A stretch of DNA of 32,899 nucleotides from Octopus bimaculoides (taxonomy: Eukaryota), in NCBI RefSeq assembly GCF_001194135.2, contig NC_068985.1, positions 34,594,314-34,627,212 of the forward strand, in the 5' to 3' direction. Positions 1 to 11,439 of this stretch are shown here, piece after piece. The position numbers were made by a program, and so were the translations under genes. The notes beneath the pieces were generated by a model, which was not told the origin of the DNA, made no database searches, and was given only the letters and a program-made list of their open reading frames with translations. Each line of letters opens with the position of its first letter. Within the stretch, counting starts at the first letter, position 1.

Positions 1-386
1 CACCCGTATTGTTAACCAGGTGATACACGAAGGAGTCATACCCAATGACTGGTGTAGCAGCACCATAGTCAACTGCTACAAAGGTAAAGGTGACGCTTTA
101 GATACAAATAATTACAGAGGTATCAAGTTGTTAGATCAGGTAATGAAGGTCACAGAGAGGATCATAGCCCAACTAATTAGGGAGAGAGTCAGTTTAGATG
201 AGATGTAGTTTGGGTTCATGCCAAAGAAAAGCACCACTGATGCTATACTTCTGGTAAGACAGCTGCAGGAGAAATACCTAGCCAAAATAAACCTCTGTAC
301 CTGGCTTTTGTTGACATGGAGAAAGCCTTTGACAGGGTACCCTGATCCCTTAACTGGTGGTCAATGAGGAAACTAGGGATAGAAAA
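1..386 (+). mobile_element. RTE-clade LINE reverse transcriptase fragment (decayed)
   Basis: Reads IPNDWCSSTIVNCYKGKGDALDTNNYRGIKLLDQVMKVTERII, then an in-frame stop, then FGFMP..STTDA and AFVDMEKAFDRV. These are RTE RT N-terminal motifs. Confidence 0.85.
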
Positions 387-1082
387 ATGGCGTCATAGCC
401 CCTATGAAAATTTATATATTTTTGCTGTTGATGAAATTTTAACCATTGAAGTAATATTTCTAAAATTTCATCTTCTCACAAGTTAGAAAGACTCCGTCAT
501 GGGGACTTAACACCCACAGTTTAGTCATTTTATCTAAGCAAAGATTAATACAGTTGTACTCTTGGAAGCTGTAGGGTCACTCGTGCATAAAATATGAGCA
601 TTATTTGTAATTCAATGGTACAACAGTGTAAGAGTTTGCTTTCAGATATACTTAGATTGTGATTTCTGCAATGTGGTGCATAAATTGTCAAATAAATGAG
701 AGGCATCTTTCCATCCACTGATTCAGTTGCAAAATGTTCAGTAAAGTTATTTGGTTGCAGCCTCCTTTGAGTCATTTTATTATCACTAGGTCAGAGATAG
801 TCCCCCGATGGTAACATTGAGTTCAAGGCCTTCCCAGATGAGTGACTGGTTATTGAAATACATTTATATATTGTAAATTTATTCTGTCCAGTTACCTATC
901 GGTATTGTGGTCATTTGCAAACTCCAGAAGTGACACTTTCATTTCCCCTTAGCCCTCACATTACACAGTTGTTAATGTTTCATATACTGGGTGCTTAGGA
1001 CACAAGCATTGTACGCAGCCATCTTTACATTGTTTACATTATTTATATTTGACGGATATTTATCCTCATCTTGTTTGATGTT

Positions 1083-1128
1083 AACACAATGTTTCGGCTG
1101 ATATACCCTCCAGCCTTCTTCAGGTTTC
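1083..1128 (-). ncRNA. Minimal type I hammerhead ribozyme motif (degenerate)
   Basis: Reverse complement reads GAAAC-CUGAAGA-A-GGCUG(gaggguauau)CAGCC-GAAAC-AUU-GUGUU: core boxes, 5-bp stem II, partial stem I. C.A mismatch in stem III. Confidence 0.6.
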
Positions 1129-1271
1129 TTGGGGAAATTTCAAACCTGGGTTCTCATTCCTAAGGTATTTTTTTAAATGTTATTATTATTACTATTATTA
1201 TTAAAGCCACTGCCTGGAATCAAATTTGGAATTTTGGGGTTAGTAGCCCGCGCTCTTAACCACTATACCAT

Positions 1272-1340
1272 ATGGTGTAGTGGTTAAGAGCGCGGGCTAC
1301 TGACCCCAAGATTCTGATTTCGATTCCAGGCAGTGACCTG
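1272..1340 (+). promoter_or_regulatory. tRNA-derived internal Pol III promoter (A box and B box); mirror copy on - strand at about 1205-1271
   Basis: A-box-like TGGTGTAGTGG at 1273-1283, anticodon-arm-like GGG-CTACTGA-CCC, B-box-like ATTTCGATTCC at 1317-1327. The 5' acceptor strand is missing. Confidence 0.6.
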
Positions 1341-1408
1341 AATAATAATAATAATAACATAAAAAAATATACCTTAGGAATGAGAACACAGGTTCAAAAT
1401 TTTCTTAA

Positions 1409-1454
1409 GCCACCTGATGAAGGCTGGAGGGTATATCAGCCGAAACATTGTGTT
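1409..1454 (+). ncRNA. Minimal type I hammerhead ribozyme motif (degenerate)
   Basis: GCCAC-CUGAUGA(1414-1420)-A-GGCUG(gaggguauau)CAGCC-GAAAC-AUU-GUGUU. Stem I CAC/GUG. C.A mismatch in stem III. Confidence 0.65.
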
Positions 1455-1769
1455 AACAACAAACAAGATGAGGACAAATATCTGTCAAATATAAATAATG
1501 TAAATAATGTACATAATTCCTCATCTCTTAAATATAGAACTGTACAGCCATCTTTGTTTTCACTGTCAACTTTGGGTTTGTCCACACTCTTGAAGTGAGG
1601 TGCGTGAGCATAATGGCTGCCTTCCCAATTCTTTTGTCAATCTTGGCATCAAGAGAGAGGTTGTCAGTAATGGTGGACCCAAGGTAGGTGAATTGAGGAA
1701 CAACTTCAAGTTCGTAGTTATTGATTGTGACGGCTGGTTGTGCTGGTGTGCTTTGTCAAATACCTTCAT

Positions 1770-2960
1770 TGACTATGTGCCCAAGAAACACAAGGGAGGA
1801 TACACCAAAAACACATTTAGCCGGGTTAATCTACACTTTATACAGGGTAAGTCATTGGAAAACAACCTTAAATGATGAGCATGTTCTTCCACTGAAAAAA
1901 CTGGCAATGAGATCATCAATATAAGCATATACGAAATCCAATCCATGAATGACTTTGTCTATGAACCACTGAAATGTGCTGAAAAGCATTTTGGAGGCCG
2001 AATGGTATAGTCAAGAATTCGAAAGAGCCAAAAAGAGTTGTTACTGCTGTCTTTGGAATGTCTTCATAGTAGACAGGGGTCTGGTGATAAGCCTTGATGA
2101 GATTGAGCTTGGAAAATACAGTTCAGCCATGCAGTGAGGAAGCAAAATCTTGAAGGTGAGGAATCAGATACCTATCAGGAACAGTGATAGCATTGAGACA
2201 CCTAAAATCCCCCATAGATTACCAATTGCCAGTTCTTGGGCACCACGTGCAGTGGTGAGGCCCACTGACTAGTGTAAAGGCAGATAATTATGAGCTGCAG
2301 CATGTGATTAAACTCAGCTTTTGCTGCCTTTAACTTTTCTGGAGGCAGATGATGAGGACATGAAAACACTGGAACACCATTTGTTGTGATGAAATGTTCT
2401 GTAGAGTGAGCAGGATTATTCAGTTGGAAATTCAGGCTGGAGAGCTCTGGAAAAGAGTCTGAAATTGATTGGTATTAGTTTTCTGTCGCTGTAATAAAGA
2501 ATACTGGGTTAACCAACGAAATACTTGACTTTTGGCCAAAGATGGCTAGATCTGAATTGTTGTCTAAAATCCACTGTTTGTGCACATTAGCCATGAAAGA
2601 GTAGTGGTGGAGAAAATCTGCACTGAGGATCAAATAAAGCAGGACGGCTATGATGAAAATCCATTTGAAATCATTTCACAGGGCCAAATCCAATGAAAGA
2701 GAGAGTTGGCCATACTTCAGTATAAGTGAGTGGTTCACAACTTGCAAGGTAATCAAAGAAAGAGGGAGTTTTTCTTTGATGAATTTCACTGGCCAAATAC
2801 TCTAGGCAGCACCAGAATCAATTAGAAAAAGTTTGTGCAACAAAAAGTCCTCAACAAAGAATGCACGATTATGCAGGAATGAACTGGGAGCAGTTGTCAT
2901 GCTCAGTGTCCCACTGTAACATTTGCCTGACTCGAGTAAGAACACGGTGGAGTACATTTC
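1770..2960 (-). mobile_element. Ty3/Gypsy LTR retrotransposon pol relic (protease and RT)
   Basis: Minus-strand frames give the protease motif FLIDSGAA*SIWP and RT motifs LNAITVPDRYLIPHLQDF, FSKLNLIKAYHQ, DIPKTAVTTLFG..PFGLQNA. Many stops and frameshifts. Confidence 0.75.
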
Positions 2961-3357
2961 TGACTGGCTGGAGTCTGCCATGGTACAACTGAATTATGCC
3001 ACGAAGATAAAATAGATCCTTCCTGACTTACTACAAATACACTTCCTAACCTCTGTGTACCAAGTTATCATTAAAAGCATTTGTAAATGATATTGTGTTG
3101 TCACTTGACAAACCTCCCTTGTTATTTACCTATGATTCTTGCTCACAACCACTCTACTTGGCCCATTCATCCATAAAATATCTTCAAATCTGTTTCAGCA
3201 AATTTAGATTTGTGTTCTGCAAAATAAAAGAAATCTTATTTTTCAAGTAATATTTGTTTTATATTATGAGTTTTTTAAAATACAAGTGGAATATGATCAA
3301 ACAGACTTGCAGTCATTTGATAATACTTGATTAATTTTGTAATATTTTTTCTTTCAG

Positions 3358-3669
3358 ATGACAATGGGAATCTTTACCCAATTTCTGGAACACCATATGT
3401 CATAAAAGATAAAAAATTCACATTGAAATGTAATGAAGATGGTAGTGGTACTTCAACAACTTGGTATACTGGAAATGGAACAGTTATTGCTAAATACAGT
3501 GGAGCATCCAACCAAAATTATTCTAAATATTTTGGTAGCCGTCAAGAAACTAGTTGCCAAAACAAAAGCTGCACATTGAGTATAACCAATGTCAGTTTAG
3601 ATGAAGATGACATGAGCATTATTTGCAGAAGCAGTTTCCATATAAGCATGTTCAATATAAAAGTAATTG
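3358..3669 (+). CDS. Ig receptor exon A: V-set-like Ig domain
   Basis: Acceptor ttttctttcag, donor G|gtaagt, phase 1-1, 312 nt open. Translation includes FTLKC..TTWY..SCTLSITNV..DED..IIC. Confidence 0.85.
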
Positions 3670-3924
3670 GTAAGTAATTATTTTTGCACAGTTAAGTGTG
3701 TGATTTTATTCTATTATTTTTTATATTTCAGTCATTGGACTGTGGCCATACTGTCCGTCCAATTGAAGGGTTTAGTCAATTGGACGGATCCCAATACTTA
3801 CCTTTTTAGTTTTTCACATTGTACTATGTCCCTTTTTGCAAAATTGCTATGTAACTGGGTGGTAAACAAATCTGCACTGGTTGTAAAATGGTGAGAAACA
3901 AACAAAGACGCACACATAGATATG

Positions 3925-4090
3925 TACGAGGGTGAGTCAAAAACTAATGCCATTTTGTTTAGGACAGGTATAATTACCAACACAGAAACATGTATCATAC
4001 ATCAAATTGAAGTTGGTCTTCTGTGGATCACATCCCTACTTCTCAGCATAGCCACCATTTTTCTCACTGTTATAGCAATGTTCCACCTTT
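3925..4090. mobile_element. Mariner-like terminal fragment
   Basis: TA followed by CGAGGGTGAGTCAAAAACTAATGCC, a Tc1/mariner-type terminus. No partner end found. Confidence 0.5.
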
Positions 4091-4094
4091 GAAT

Positions 4095-4838
4095 GAGAGC
4101 AATCTGCCTTTCACTCTGAAGAAGAGGCCCTTGAGGCTTTCCCCAGCATATTCTTATCCTAACTACAACACTTTTAGAGTATCCTTCTCCACTACTAATT
4201 AAGTCACCTGGATAACAGAAACTATCTACTATCTCTAAAGACTCTCCTGAGCATTTGAGGAAATCTATTTTCTGTGTGTCCTTAATGTTTATTGTATCTG
4301 CACATCTACCAAACACAAAGACTACTTTCTCTATTAATTCTTCTGTAATTACCTCCGCAACTTTTATGTGTCCATAGCTTGCACTGGGTATAATGTATGG
4401 AATTTCTATCTCCACATTTCTACATATTGAGCAGGGCTATTTCCCAGAAGGGATTAGTAATTTCTTTCCTTCCCTGCTTATTGGGACTTTGGGCTTTGCT
4501 GTTTCCAACCCTGAAATTTCTTATCTACTTCTACTATAAATCCAGCCATAAGAATAAGGTTATTGGCATAAAGGATCATCCATATGCAACCAGTCTTAAA
4601 CTCCTCTGAAATGGCTTGGAGATCTATGACAAACAGAAGGGGACTGAGAATCAATTATCTGGTGGTCAATGTGGAAACTAGGGATTGACAAGTGGTTGGT
4701 GAGAGCTGTAAAAGCAATATACAGGGATGCTGTCAATAAGGTGAGGATTGGTAATGAGTGTAGTGAAGAATTCTGGGTAGTGGTAAGTGTCCACCAAGGA
4801 TCATTCCTTAGCCCACTCTTATTCATCATAGTCCTGGT
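4095..4838 (-). mobile_element. RTE LINE fragment with an inverted 5' segment
   Basis: Minus 4621 to 4095 reads LQAISEEFKTGC.W.ILYANNL...LEIVDSFCYPGDLISSG. Plus 4655-4838 reads WWSMWKLGIDKWLVRAV...HQGSFLSPLLFIIVL, the directly preceding part of the RT. Confidence 0.8.
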
Positions 4839-5081
4839 GATGGTTTGCTAAGTTAGATCACTCAGTGAGTATTGTGCAATGCCGCCTGATTGTTGATATC
4901 AACAAAAATATAATACTGTTTTATTTTTCATCTAACTAAAATTATATAAACAATATTCATGAAATTGTTGCAATCTCAACCCCCAACTATCCAGCAAAAA
5001 TAGAGCTATATTTTCAAAACACACACACACACACATTCCATTCATTTATCAATATAATTTTTGTCACTTTTCCTATTTCAG

Positions 5082-5402
5082 TTTTACCAAAATCAGTCAC
5101 AATCAAGAATATTTCTAACACAGTTCCTGTGGAAAATCAGAACAAAAGTTATGAATGCCTTATTAAAGACACCAACCCTACATTTTCAGTCTTTTGGTTG
5201 ATTACTATGAAAGATGGAACACCAAAAAATGCTACAAAGTATATTTCAAACAGGCCAAGCAAATCTGGAAAGCTGACCACTTTATCATCAAAACTAACAT
5301 TAACTCTTAATAAGAATTTTCAGAAATTACAGTGTGTTGCATATTTTCCGGGTAAAAATGAATTTGTTAACTATTCAAAGGAACTCGATTTGCATATAAA
5401 AT
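5082..5402 (+). CDS. Ig receptor exon B: C2-set (CD80/nephrin-like) Ig domain
   Basis: Acceptor tttcctatttcag, donor T|gtaagt, phase 1-1, 321 nt open. Reads VLPKSVTI..YEC..TNPTFSVFW..SSKLTLTL..KLQCVA. Confidence 0.85.
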
Positions 5403-6282
5403 GTAAGTTTTATTTTTCATTTCTATTATTTGTGTCTCTCACACATCTATGATTTGTGTCTCTCACACATCTTTGTTGTAACCTGTTGTATTTATTTTGT
5501 TTCAAGTATGGCAATCATTGTATTTTATAATGGAGAATAAATCGTCACTTAACCAGTTCATTTCATCTCAAGTCATTTATCATTTCCACATTTTCTTCAT
5601 TTACCATCTTGATTGTAACATTTTAGTACGTCCTTGTAAATTGGCCAGACTCGCTTGCTAAGATCACATGGAGTACCAAATATTGGGCATTCAATATCAT
5701 GATGTGTTATTGGCTTATGAGTCTTCACTAAATGAAAACAACACTAAATTTAACACGGTCATTAATTTTAATACAATAGCTTAAAGTCAAGGTACAAAGC
5801 AGAAAACTTCACACACATACGATGTACGTCCACACACAATGACTGTTGAAGCAGCACTGGAGAGAAGTTTACACTCCCTTTCTCTTGATAGTCAATGCAG
5901 AACCTCAAGATATAAGTCAGTTGTATTGAAACTTGACATGCAACAGCTTAAAGATACTATGTTTACTGTTTTGCATTCTGCTATGTAGAAATATTTATTC
6001 GTTATGACTTATAATCCATGAAATCCAAAATTCAACCAAAAATAGTGATTTCTAAAATTTTCAATTGCGGTGAAGAGCCTGAAAAAATAGTCAATCACAA
6101 AGTTCTTTATACACCTTTCTTTTAACCCTAATTCATAACAAAATAACGATTCTTGGTTACCTATTTCGAAAGTTGCTTTTTTCGCTCCACTCTAACGTTC
6201 ATGATAGCACTTCCAATAAGTTAAGATCAAAAGCCATGAGAGTCACTACCTGGTACTGCATCAGAATTCTGCACCATTTTTA

Positions 6283-6288
6283 TCATCA

Positions 6289-6350
<62 letters not shown>

Positions 6351-6400
6351 GTCGTCGTTGTCTTCATCGTCGTCGTCATCGTCATCGTCATCATTGTCAT
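6283..6400. repeat. (CGT/CAT)n trinucleotide microsatellite
   Basis: Directly visible. Source of the poly-R, poly-D and poly-T ORFs. Confidence 0.95.
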
Positions 6401-6479
6401 CAATAGGTAAGCTGGCATAATCATTAAAACAAGTGTCAGAAAAAAATTTCTCATGCATTTGTTCTGGATCTTTATGTCC

Positions 6480-6640
6480 TGTGTTCAGATCCTGCTATGG
6501 TCTACTGTGCTTTTCATCCTTTTGTGCTCAATAAAATACAGTACCAATCAAGTACTGGTGTTGATGATATTGATTTAACCCCTCAACTCAAAATTTGCTG
6601 GTTTTATGCCTGAATTATAAATCATTATCATTATTATTAT
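6480..6640 (+). mobile_element. Degenerate SINE 3' part ending in (ATT)n
   Basis: ataaaatacagtaccaatcaagtactggtgttgatg... followed by an (ATT)n tail; resembles cephalopod SINE bodies (from memory). Confidence 0.4.
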
Positions 6641-6664
6641 TATATTTCATTGTACAGTATACAT

Positions 6665-6943
6665 TTGAGTGAGGTCATTGCCAGTGCAGCTGGACTGGCT
6701 CCTGTGCAGGTGGCACATAAAATACACCATTTTGAGAGTGGCCATTGCCAGTACCACCTGATTGACCTTCGTGCTGGTGGCACGTAAATGCACCCACTAG
6801 ACTCTCAGAGTGGTTGGCGTTAGGAAGGGCATCCAGCTGTAGAAACTCTTCCAGATCAGATTGGAGCCTGGTGCAGCCTTCTGGTTTGATAGTCCTCAGT
6901 CAAATCGTCTAACCCATGCTAGCATAGAAGGTGGACATTAAAC

Positions 6944-6992
<49 letters not shown>
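6665..6992 (+). mobile_element. SINE / RTE-derived 3' end with (GAT)n tail
   Basis: gttggcgttaggaagggcatccagctgtagaaac...aacccatgctagcatagaaggtggacattaaacg(atg)n. The same 3' end recurs at 17970, 26085 and 26875. Confidence 0.8.
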
Positions 6993-6993
<1 letters not shown>

Positions 6994-7289
6994 GTATACA
7001 TATAAAATATTGGTTTTCGTTGCTTTTTCTTTTTGACTGTTGACTGTCAAGTCTTAGCAAAAAGTAGTGAGAATATAAGCTGATCCAAAGACGACAAGTT
7101 TTTGGAGTACTCATACACCTGTCTTGATACCTAACTATAACAGGTGGTTTGATTGTTTTTTTCTTTCTTTTTGTTTTTGATTGAATGTAATGCTCTGATG
7201 ATAACTGGTATTACTTTTACATTTCCAACTGAGCATCCTCATATTCTTGATATTTTTACTTTTAAATCAGCATTATTTGAAATCATTTC

Positions 7290-8290
7290 AACTTCATTGT
7301 AAGTATCACTTTTGTCAAAATGAATTGCAATGATTATGACAAAGCATTCCTTTTGTTTTATAACATGCATACTGATATCTGGTCAGGATCATTTGCAGCC
7401 TTTTCTGATACATGATTGTATCACTTGCCTGAAGTATTAGAGCCATATTTTTGACTAAATGACCAGTCTAAACTGAGGCAAAATTTATTATACTGTTGCT
7501 TGTATTCCTTCTGAGCTAACATTTAACAGCCTACTGCAATATGCTCAATATATTCCACTTCCTGATTACAGACTTAGCATTTGTTATTTGAAACAATGGA
7601 ATAAATGTTCTTGCTGACTGAACTAGTATTCAGAGGTTGATCTTGAACAACCGCCAACAAATGTTCAGTTTCTCTCTTTAAACCTTCACACCAAATCCAT
7701 TCCCATGACAAGTTATGATTTTTCACATTCTCGATCTTTGTGTAATTGTCCATGTATTTCTTCTAGTACTTCCTCTCATTCACAAATCATCTTGCTTTGG
7801 TATACTTTCTTCTCTTCATCTTCTTTACACATGACTCCTATTGAAGTATGCATAAATATTTCTTCACTCTTTGCAAGGCTGTTTACTAAATTTTTGCTTA
7901 TTCACACAATCAGAAATGCTAATAAGTCTTCTCTCTCCAGGCTTCTGTTTCACATATAACTGACTGACTTTTGCCTTTGAATGAAGTACTTCATACATAG
8001 TATTCTTTCAAAAGTCTCTCTGTCAATTTCCATCCAATTCACTAATCCTGCATTGTAACACATGATAGTAATCTTGAGGTAAGATTGGACTTCAGTTCAA
8101 GCATAATATCATTGAGTTCTAGTATGCCTAGATACTAGTGTCCATTGCCATCAAGTTCCTAAAATTTGTTCTTCCAGAAAGTTTATTCCATTAAAATGGA
8201 GTGCCTTCCTTCTCTTCATGGCTGATGTCACATTTTGAAACATCAAACTCATTCCAGTATCACTATAACATATCTTTACTGCATGAATAA
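7290..8290 (-). mobile_element. R4/Dong-like (restriction-like endonuclease clade) LINE C-terminal relic
   Basis: Minus strand gives YLGILE, NAGLVNW, EGLKRETE..VQDQ, the zinc knuckle C*VC..EYIEHIAVGC and a downstream PD motif. Heavily decayed. Confidence 0.6.
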
Positions 8291-8439
8291 GTGAAATGAT
8301 ATAACTTTAAAATGTTAATATCTTTAAGTTATCCATGAAGAATTGATGACTTAGAGAAGGTGTATTTTATCCTAGTTTGTAGCCCATGTTGATATGCCTA
8401 AGTGATCATGAGTTGAGTATGAGCATAATGACAAATAAC

Positions 8440-8730
8440 AAAGAGAGGAAAAGGTTGCCTTGGATGATAGTTCTTTCCGTGCTCATTTGATTTGGATAGG
8501 ACCTGTAGACAGGGACCTGGTTACTGGAAGTTGAACACATCCCAACCCTTAAAGATTACAGGGAATGGATTAGTGAAGTAATTAAGCAGCAGTTGGCAGG
8601 AGAAATCATCAACCATTAGTGGTGGGGTGCCCTGAAGAGGGCAATTAGAATACAGTTGATAGTGCCTAGCAAAAAGTTAGTGCCAGAAAGAAATTAGAGA
8701 GAGAACTAGAAGAGGAAATTAATAAAGGTA
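8440..8730 (+). mobile_element. Tx1/L1-like LINE fragment
   Basis: Reads LDRTCRQGPGYWKLNTS and later WWGALKRAIR..SKKL, matching the post-endonuclease region of Tx1/L1 ORF2. Confidence 0.55.
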
Positions 8731-8744
8731 TCACAACCAACATG

Positions 8745-10403
8745 CTAGCAGTGAGAATGTTCATTTTGAAGGTGTATAAGCTCTTTGGTGGTAAGCTCAG
8801 TACCCTGGTCTTTCACCAGCTCTTCAATATTTTCACTGTCGATATCCAAGCCCATAGTTTTTCCCATAGAGAAAATAACATCAACAATAGCAATTTTCCT
8901 TGACAGAAGCAGTACTTGTAGCTGTTTCAAAGCCCTCAAAGTCTCGTTCTAGTACACAGTCTGGCCATAGTTTCCTCCATGCTGAATTCATGGTTCTGTG
9001 ACTCACTTGGTTCCATGCTTCATCAACAAGATTAACACAATTCAGTATATTGAAATGATTTTTCCAAAATTCTCTGAGAATTAACTGAGTGTCATTAGTG
9101 ACTTGTAAACGCTTTTGAAACAGGGCTTTTGTGTAAAGTTTCTTAAAGTTTGCAATGACCTGTTGGTCCATTAGTTGTATTAGGGGAGTTGTGTTAGGTG
9201 GCAGGTATTTGACCTGAATAAAATCAAACTCTTCAACTAAGTCATCCTCCAAACCTGGAGGGTGAGCAGGAGCATTGTCTAACACGAGAAAGCATTTTAG
9301 TGGCAAGCTTTTTTCTTGCAGATATTTTTTAACACTCGGGGCAAAAAATTAATGAATCCATTCAATAAAAAATTGTCTGGTTACCCAAGCCTTTGTATTA
9401 GCCCACCACATAACAGACAATTTACTCTTCATAACATTGTTTCATTTGAAAACCCTCAGATTATCAGAATGGTAAACAAGCAATGGCTTGACCTTGAAAT
9501 CGCCACTTACATTGCCGCATAGCAAAAGAGTGAGTCTATTTTTCATTGGCTTGTGATTGGCAACGCTTTTACCTCCTTAGGATTATTCATTTCTAAAATA
9601 ATCCTGTTTCATCCCCGTTGAACACCTGTTGGGAGAGATAACCTCCTGCCTTTATCAAGTCACTAAACTCAATCATAAATTTCTCAGCTGCTTCCCTATT
9701 TGAACTCACCACCACTCCATACCTAATTACACTGTGTATTTCACTTCTCTTCTTAAATTTCTCAAACCAGCCACTACTAGCTTTGAATCTAAAAGTATCA
9801 CTTTCAGCACTTGTACCAGGGGTTTGCTTTATTAGATCATTTTAAATTTCTAATGCTTTCTCACAAATAAACACTTTACTGATACTGTCACTTGGTAACT
9901 GTTTCTCATTTATGAAAATAAGCAATAACTTTTTCACTCCTTCAAGTATCTTTGGTCTTTGTTTATTAATAACAGTCACTCCTTTTATCACTTCCTTGTT
10001 TTTTAGAATAGTAGATATTGTTGATTTAGGTATACTGTACTGCACAGCAAGATCTGACACACAAACGCCATTTTCGTGTTTTGCGATGATTTCTTTCTTC
10101 ACTTCAATTATTTTTCTCTCAACTTTTCTTTTTCCTCTACCAGCTAGCTTTGGAGCCAGACTAAGGTTTAATGAAGGGAAAAAAAGGCACAGTACAATAG
10201 AATTGGAAAAGAAAAGCACAGCACAAAGCATGAATGTATACAATACAGCAGTCAACTCAGAAATGATTCCGTTCAGGTTAACTCAGTTCAGTTTGGTTTG
10301 GCAATGTTGTTCGAGAACCAAAATTTTGTTTGATAACTGAGGCATTTTCATCTCAAAATTTTCTGTTTGACATGTGAGATGTTTGAGAACTGAGGTTCCT
10401 CTG
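8745..10403 (-). mobile_element. Tigger/pogo DNA transposon (TIGD1-like transposase, frameshifted)
   Basis: ORF 9842-10255 has a CENP-B-type HTH (KKEIIAKHENG..SDLAVQYSIPKSTISTILKNK). ORF 8881-9306 has the DDE_1 region (LVLDNAPAHP..LPPNTTPLIQLMDQQVIANFK). The 5' end on - reads TA|CAGAGGAACCTCAG at 10405-10390. Other TIR not found. Confidence 0.85.
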
Positions 10404-10797
10404 TACTCTGCATTATTTAGTTAGGCCTGTTTACATTCTGAGTTCAATTCCAATGAAAGTGACTGACTTTCATCTCTCCAAGGCCAATAAAAGAGAGAAC
10501 CCATCTTGAGTCATTGATATTGACTCAGCTTCACTTCTCAAAGTGGTGGATCTTTTGTCTAATTCATTACAAATGTGCTTTGCTCCTAAAATTTATCCTT
10601 TTTTGCCCATGTTCAAATCTTTATTATTAGAATTAAATTAACAAAAGTTTTGAAAATTACTGATTTTATTTAAAATATACTTCTGTTTGTTTTGTTCTTT
10701 TTTTATTTCTTATGTTTTTTTTATAAAGTGCACAAATTTGATGTTGCTTGGAATAATATTTTTTCTTCTTTTAACTATTATATTCTGAAATTCATAG

Positions 10798-11055
10798 ATC
10801 CTCCAGAAAGAGATAACATGATATTAAATGTTTTTGGAGGAAAAGTATGCATTGATACCCCAGCCAAATTTCAGTGCAGTTGGGAAGGTGGTAATCCACC
10901 AGCAAGTGTAACCCTGATGTATAAAGATATATCATACACTACTAAAGAAAATGTTGAACTTAATGTTGAACCTTCTGAATCTCATCAAACAGTCAAGTGT
11001 CTGGGGACTCATATTGTTGCAAATGTATCTTGTGAAAAGAATTTAACTTTTTATT
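10798..11055 (+). CDS. Ig receptor exon C: Ig domain with two extra cysteines
   Basis: Acceptor ttcatag, donor T|gtgagt, phase 1-1, 258 nt. Reads YPP..VCIDTPAKFQCSWEGGNPPASVTL..VKCLGTHIVANVSC. Confidence 0.85.
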
Positions 11056-11439
11056 GTGAGTATAAATGAAGCATCTTTTGAACATTTTTATGCTTCGGTT
11101 TTAATCATTAAATCTTTTTTTATGGCAATTCAAATATGAGTAAATTATTAAAATGTAAGATTTTAGTCTTTTGTATATGTTGGTTTGGCTGTAGGTTTTT
11201 GAATGAAGGAAACAATAAATAATATTCTGTGATACTAAAATGGGTGAGAGTTATTCTATTCTTCTGGAACCATGTATCTAATTGTATTGTTGAATATTCA
11301 GAGACAGTGAACTCAGGGTCAAATTCTGGTGGCTAAACATTTGGGAGCTCTTTAAGTTTTATTTAAGAATAGGAATAAGTAATTAGAGAGATATCAAATT
11401 GGTTGACTAGGTCATCAAAGTCAGAAAAAGAGTTATAAC

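Larger units (their letters stand above)
1027..1544. mobile_element. Fold-back non-autonomous element: tRNA-like head, (AAT)n, HHR motif; Penelope-like/retrozyme-like
   Basis: Inverted arms 1027-1271 and 1272-1511 (roughly 90% identical by eye) centred on accat|atggt. The right arm extends to 1544. Flanking direct repeat CAGCCATCTTT at 1016-1026 and 1545-1555. Confidence 0.8.
985..1760 (-). mobile_element. RTE (BovB-like) LINE 3'-ORF fragment, interrupted by the insertion at 1027-1544
   Basis: Minus strand reads NYELEVVPQFTYLGSTITDNLSLDAKIDKRIGKA...RVWTNPKLTVKTKMA and continues AYNACVLST across the insertion once one copy of the 11-bp duplication is removed. Confidence 0.8.

Noticed and set aside
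1272-1340. Functional tRNA gene
   Set aside because: The acceptor stem is absent, the B box is mutated, and it lies inside a TSD-bounded insertion.
400-3357. Signal-peptide or first exon of the Ig receptor
   Set aside because: No convincing ATG, hydrophobic stretch and phase-1 donor was found. The interval is mostly TE-derived, so the exon probably lies upstream of the window.
6173-6458. Poly-Arg, poly-Thr and poly-Asp ORFs
   Set aside because: They are translations of the (CGT/CAT)n microsatellite in different frames, with no splice or domain support.
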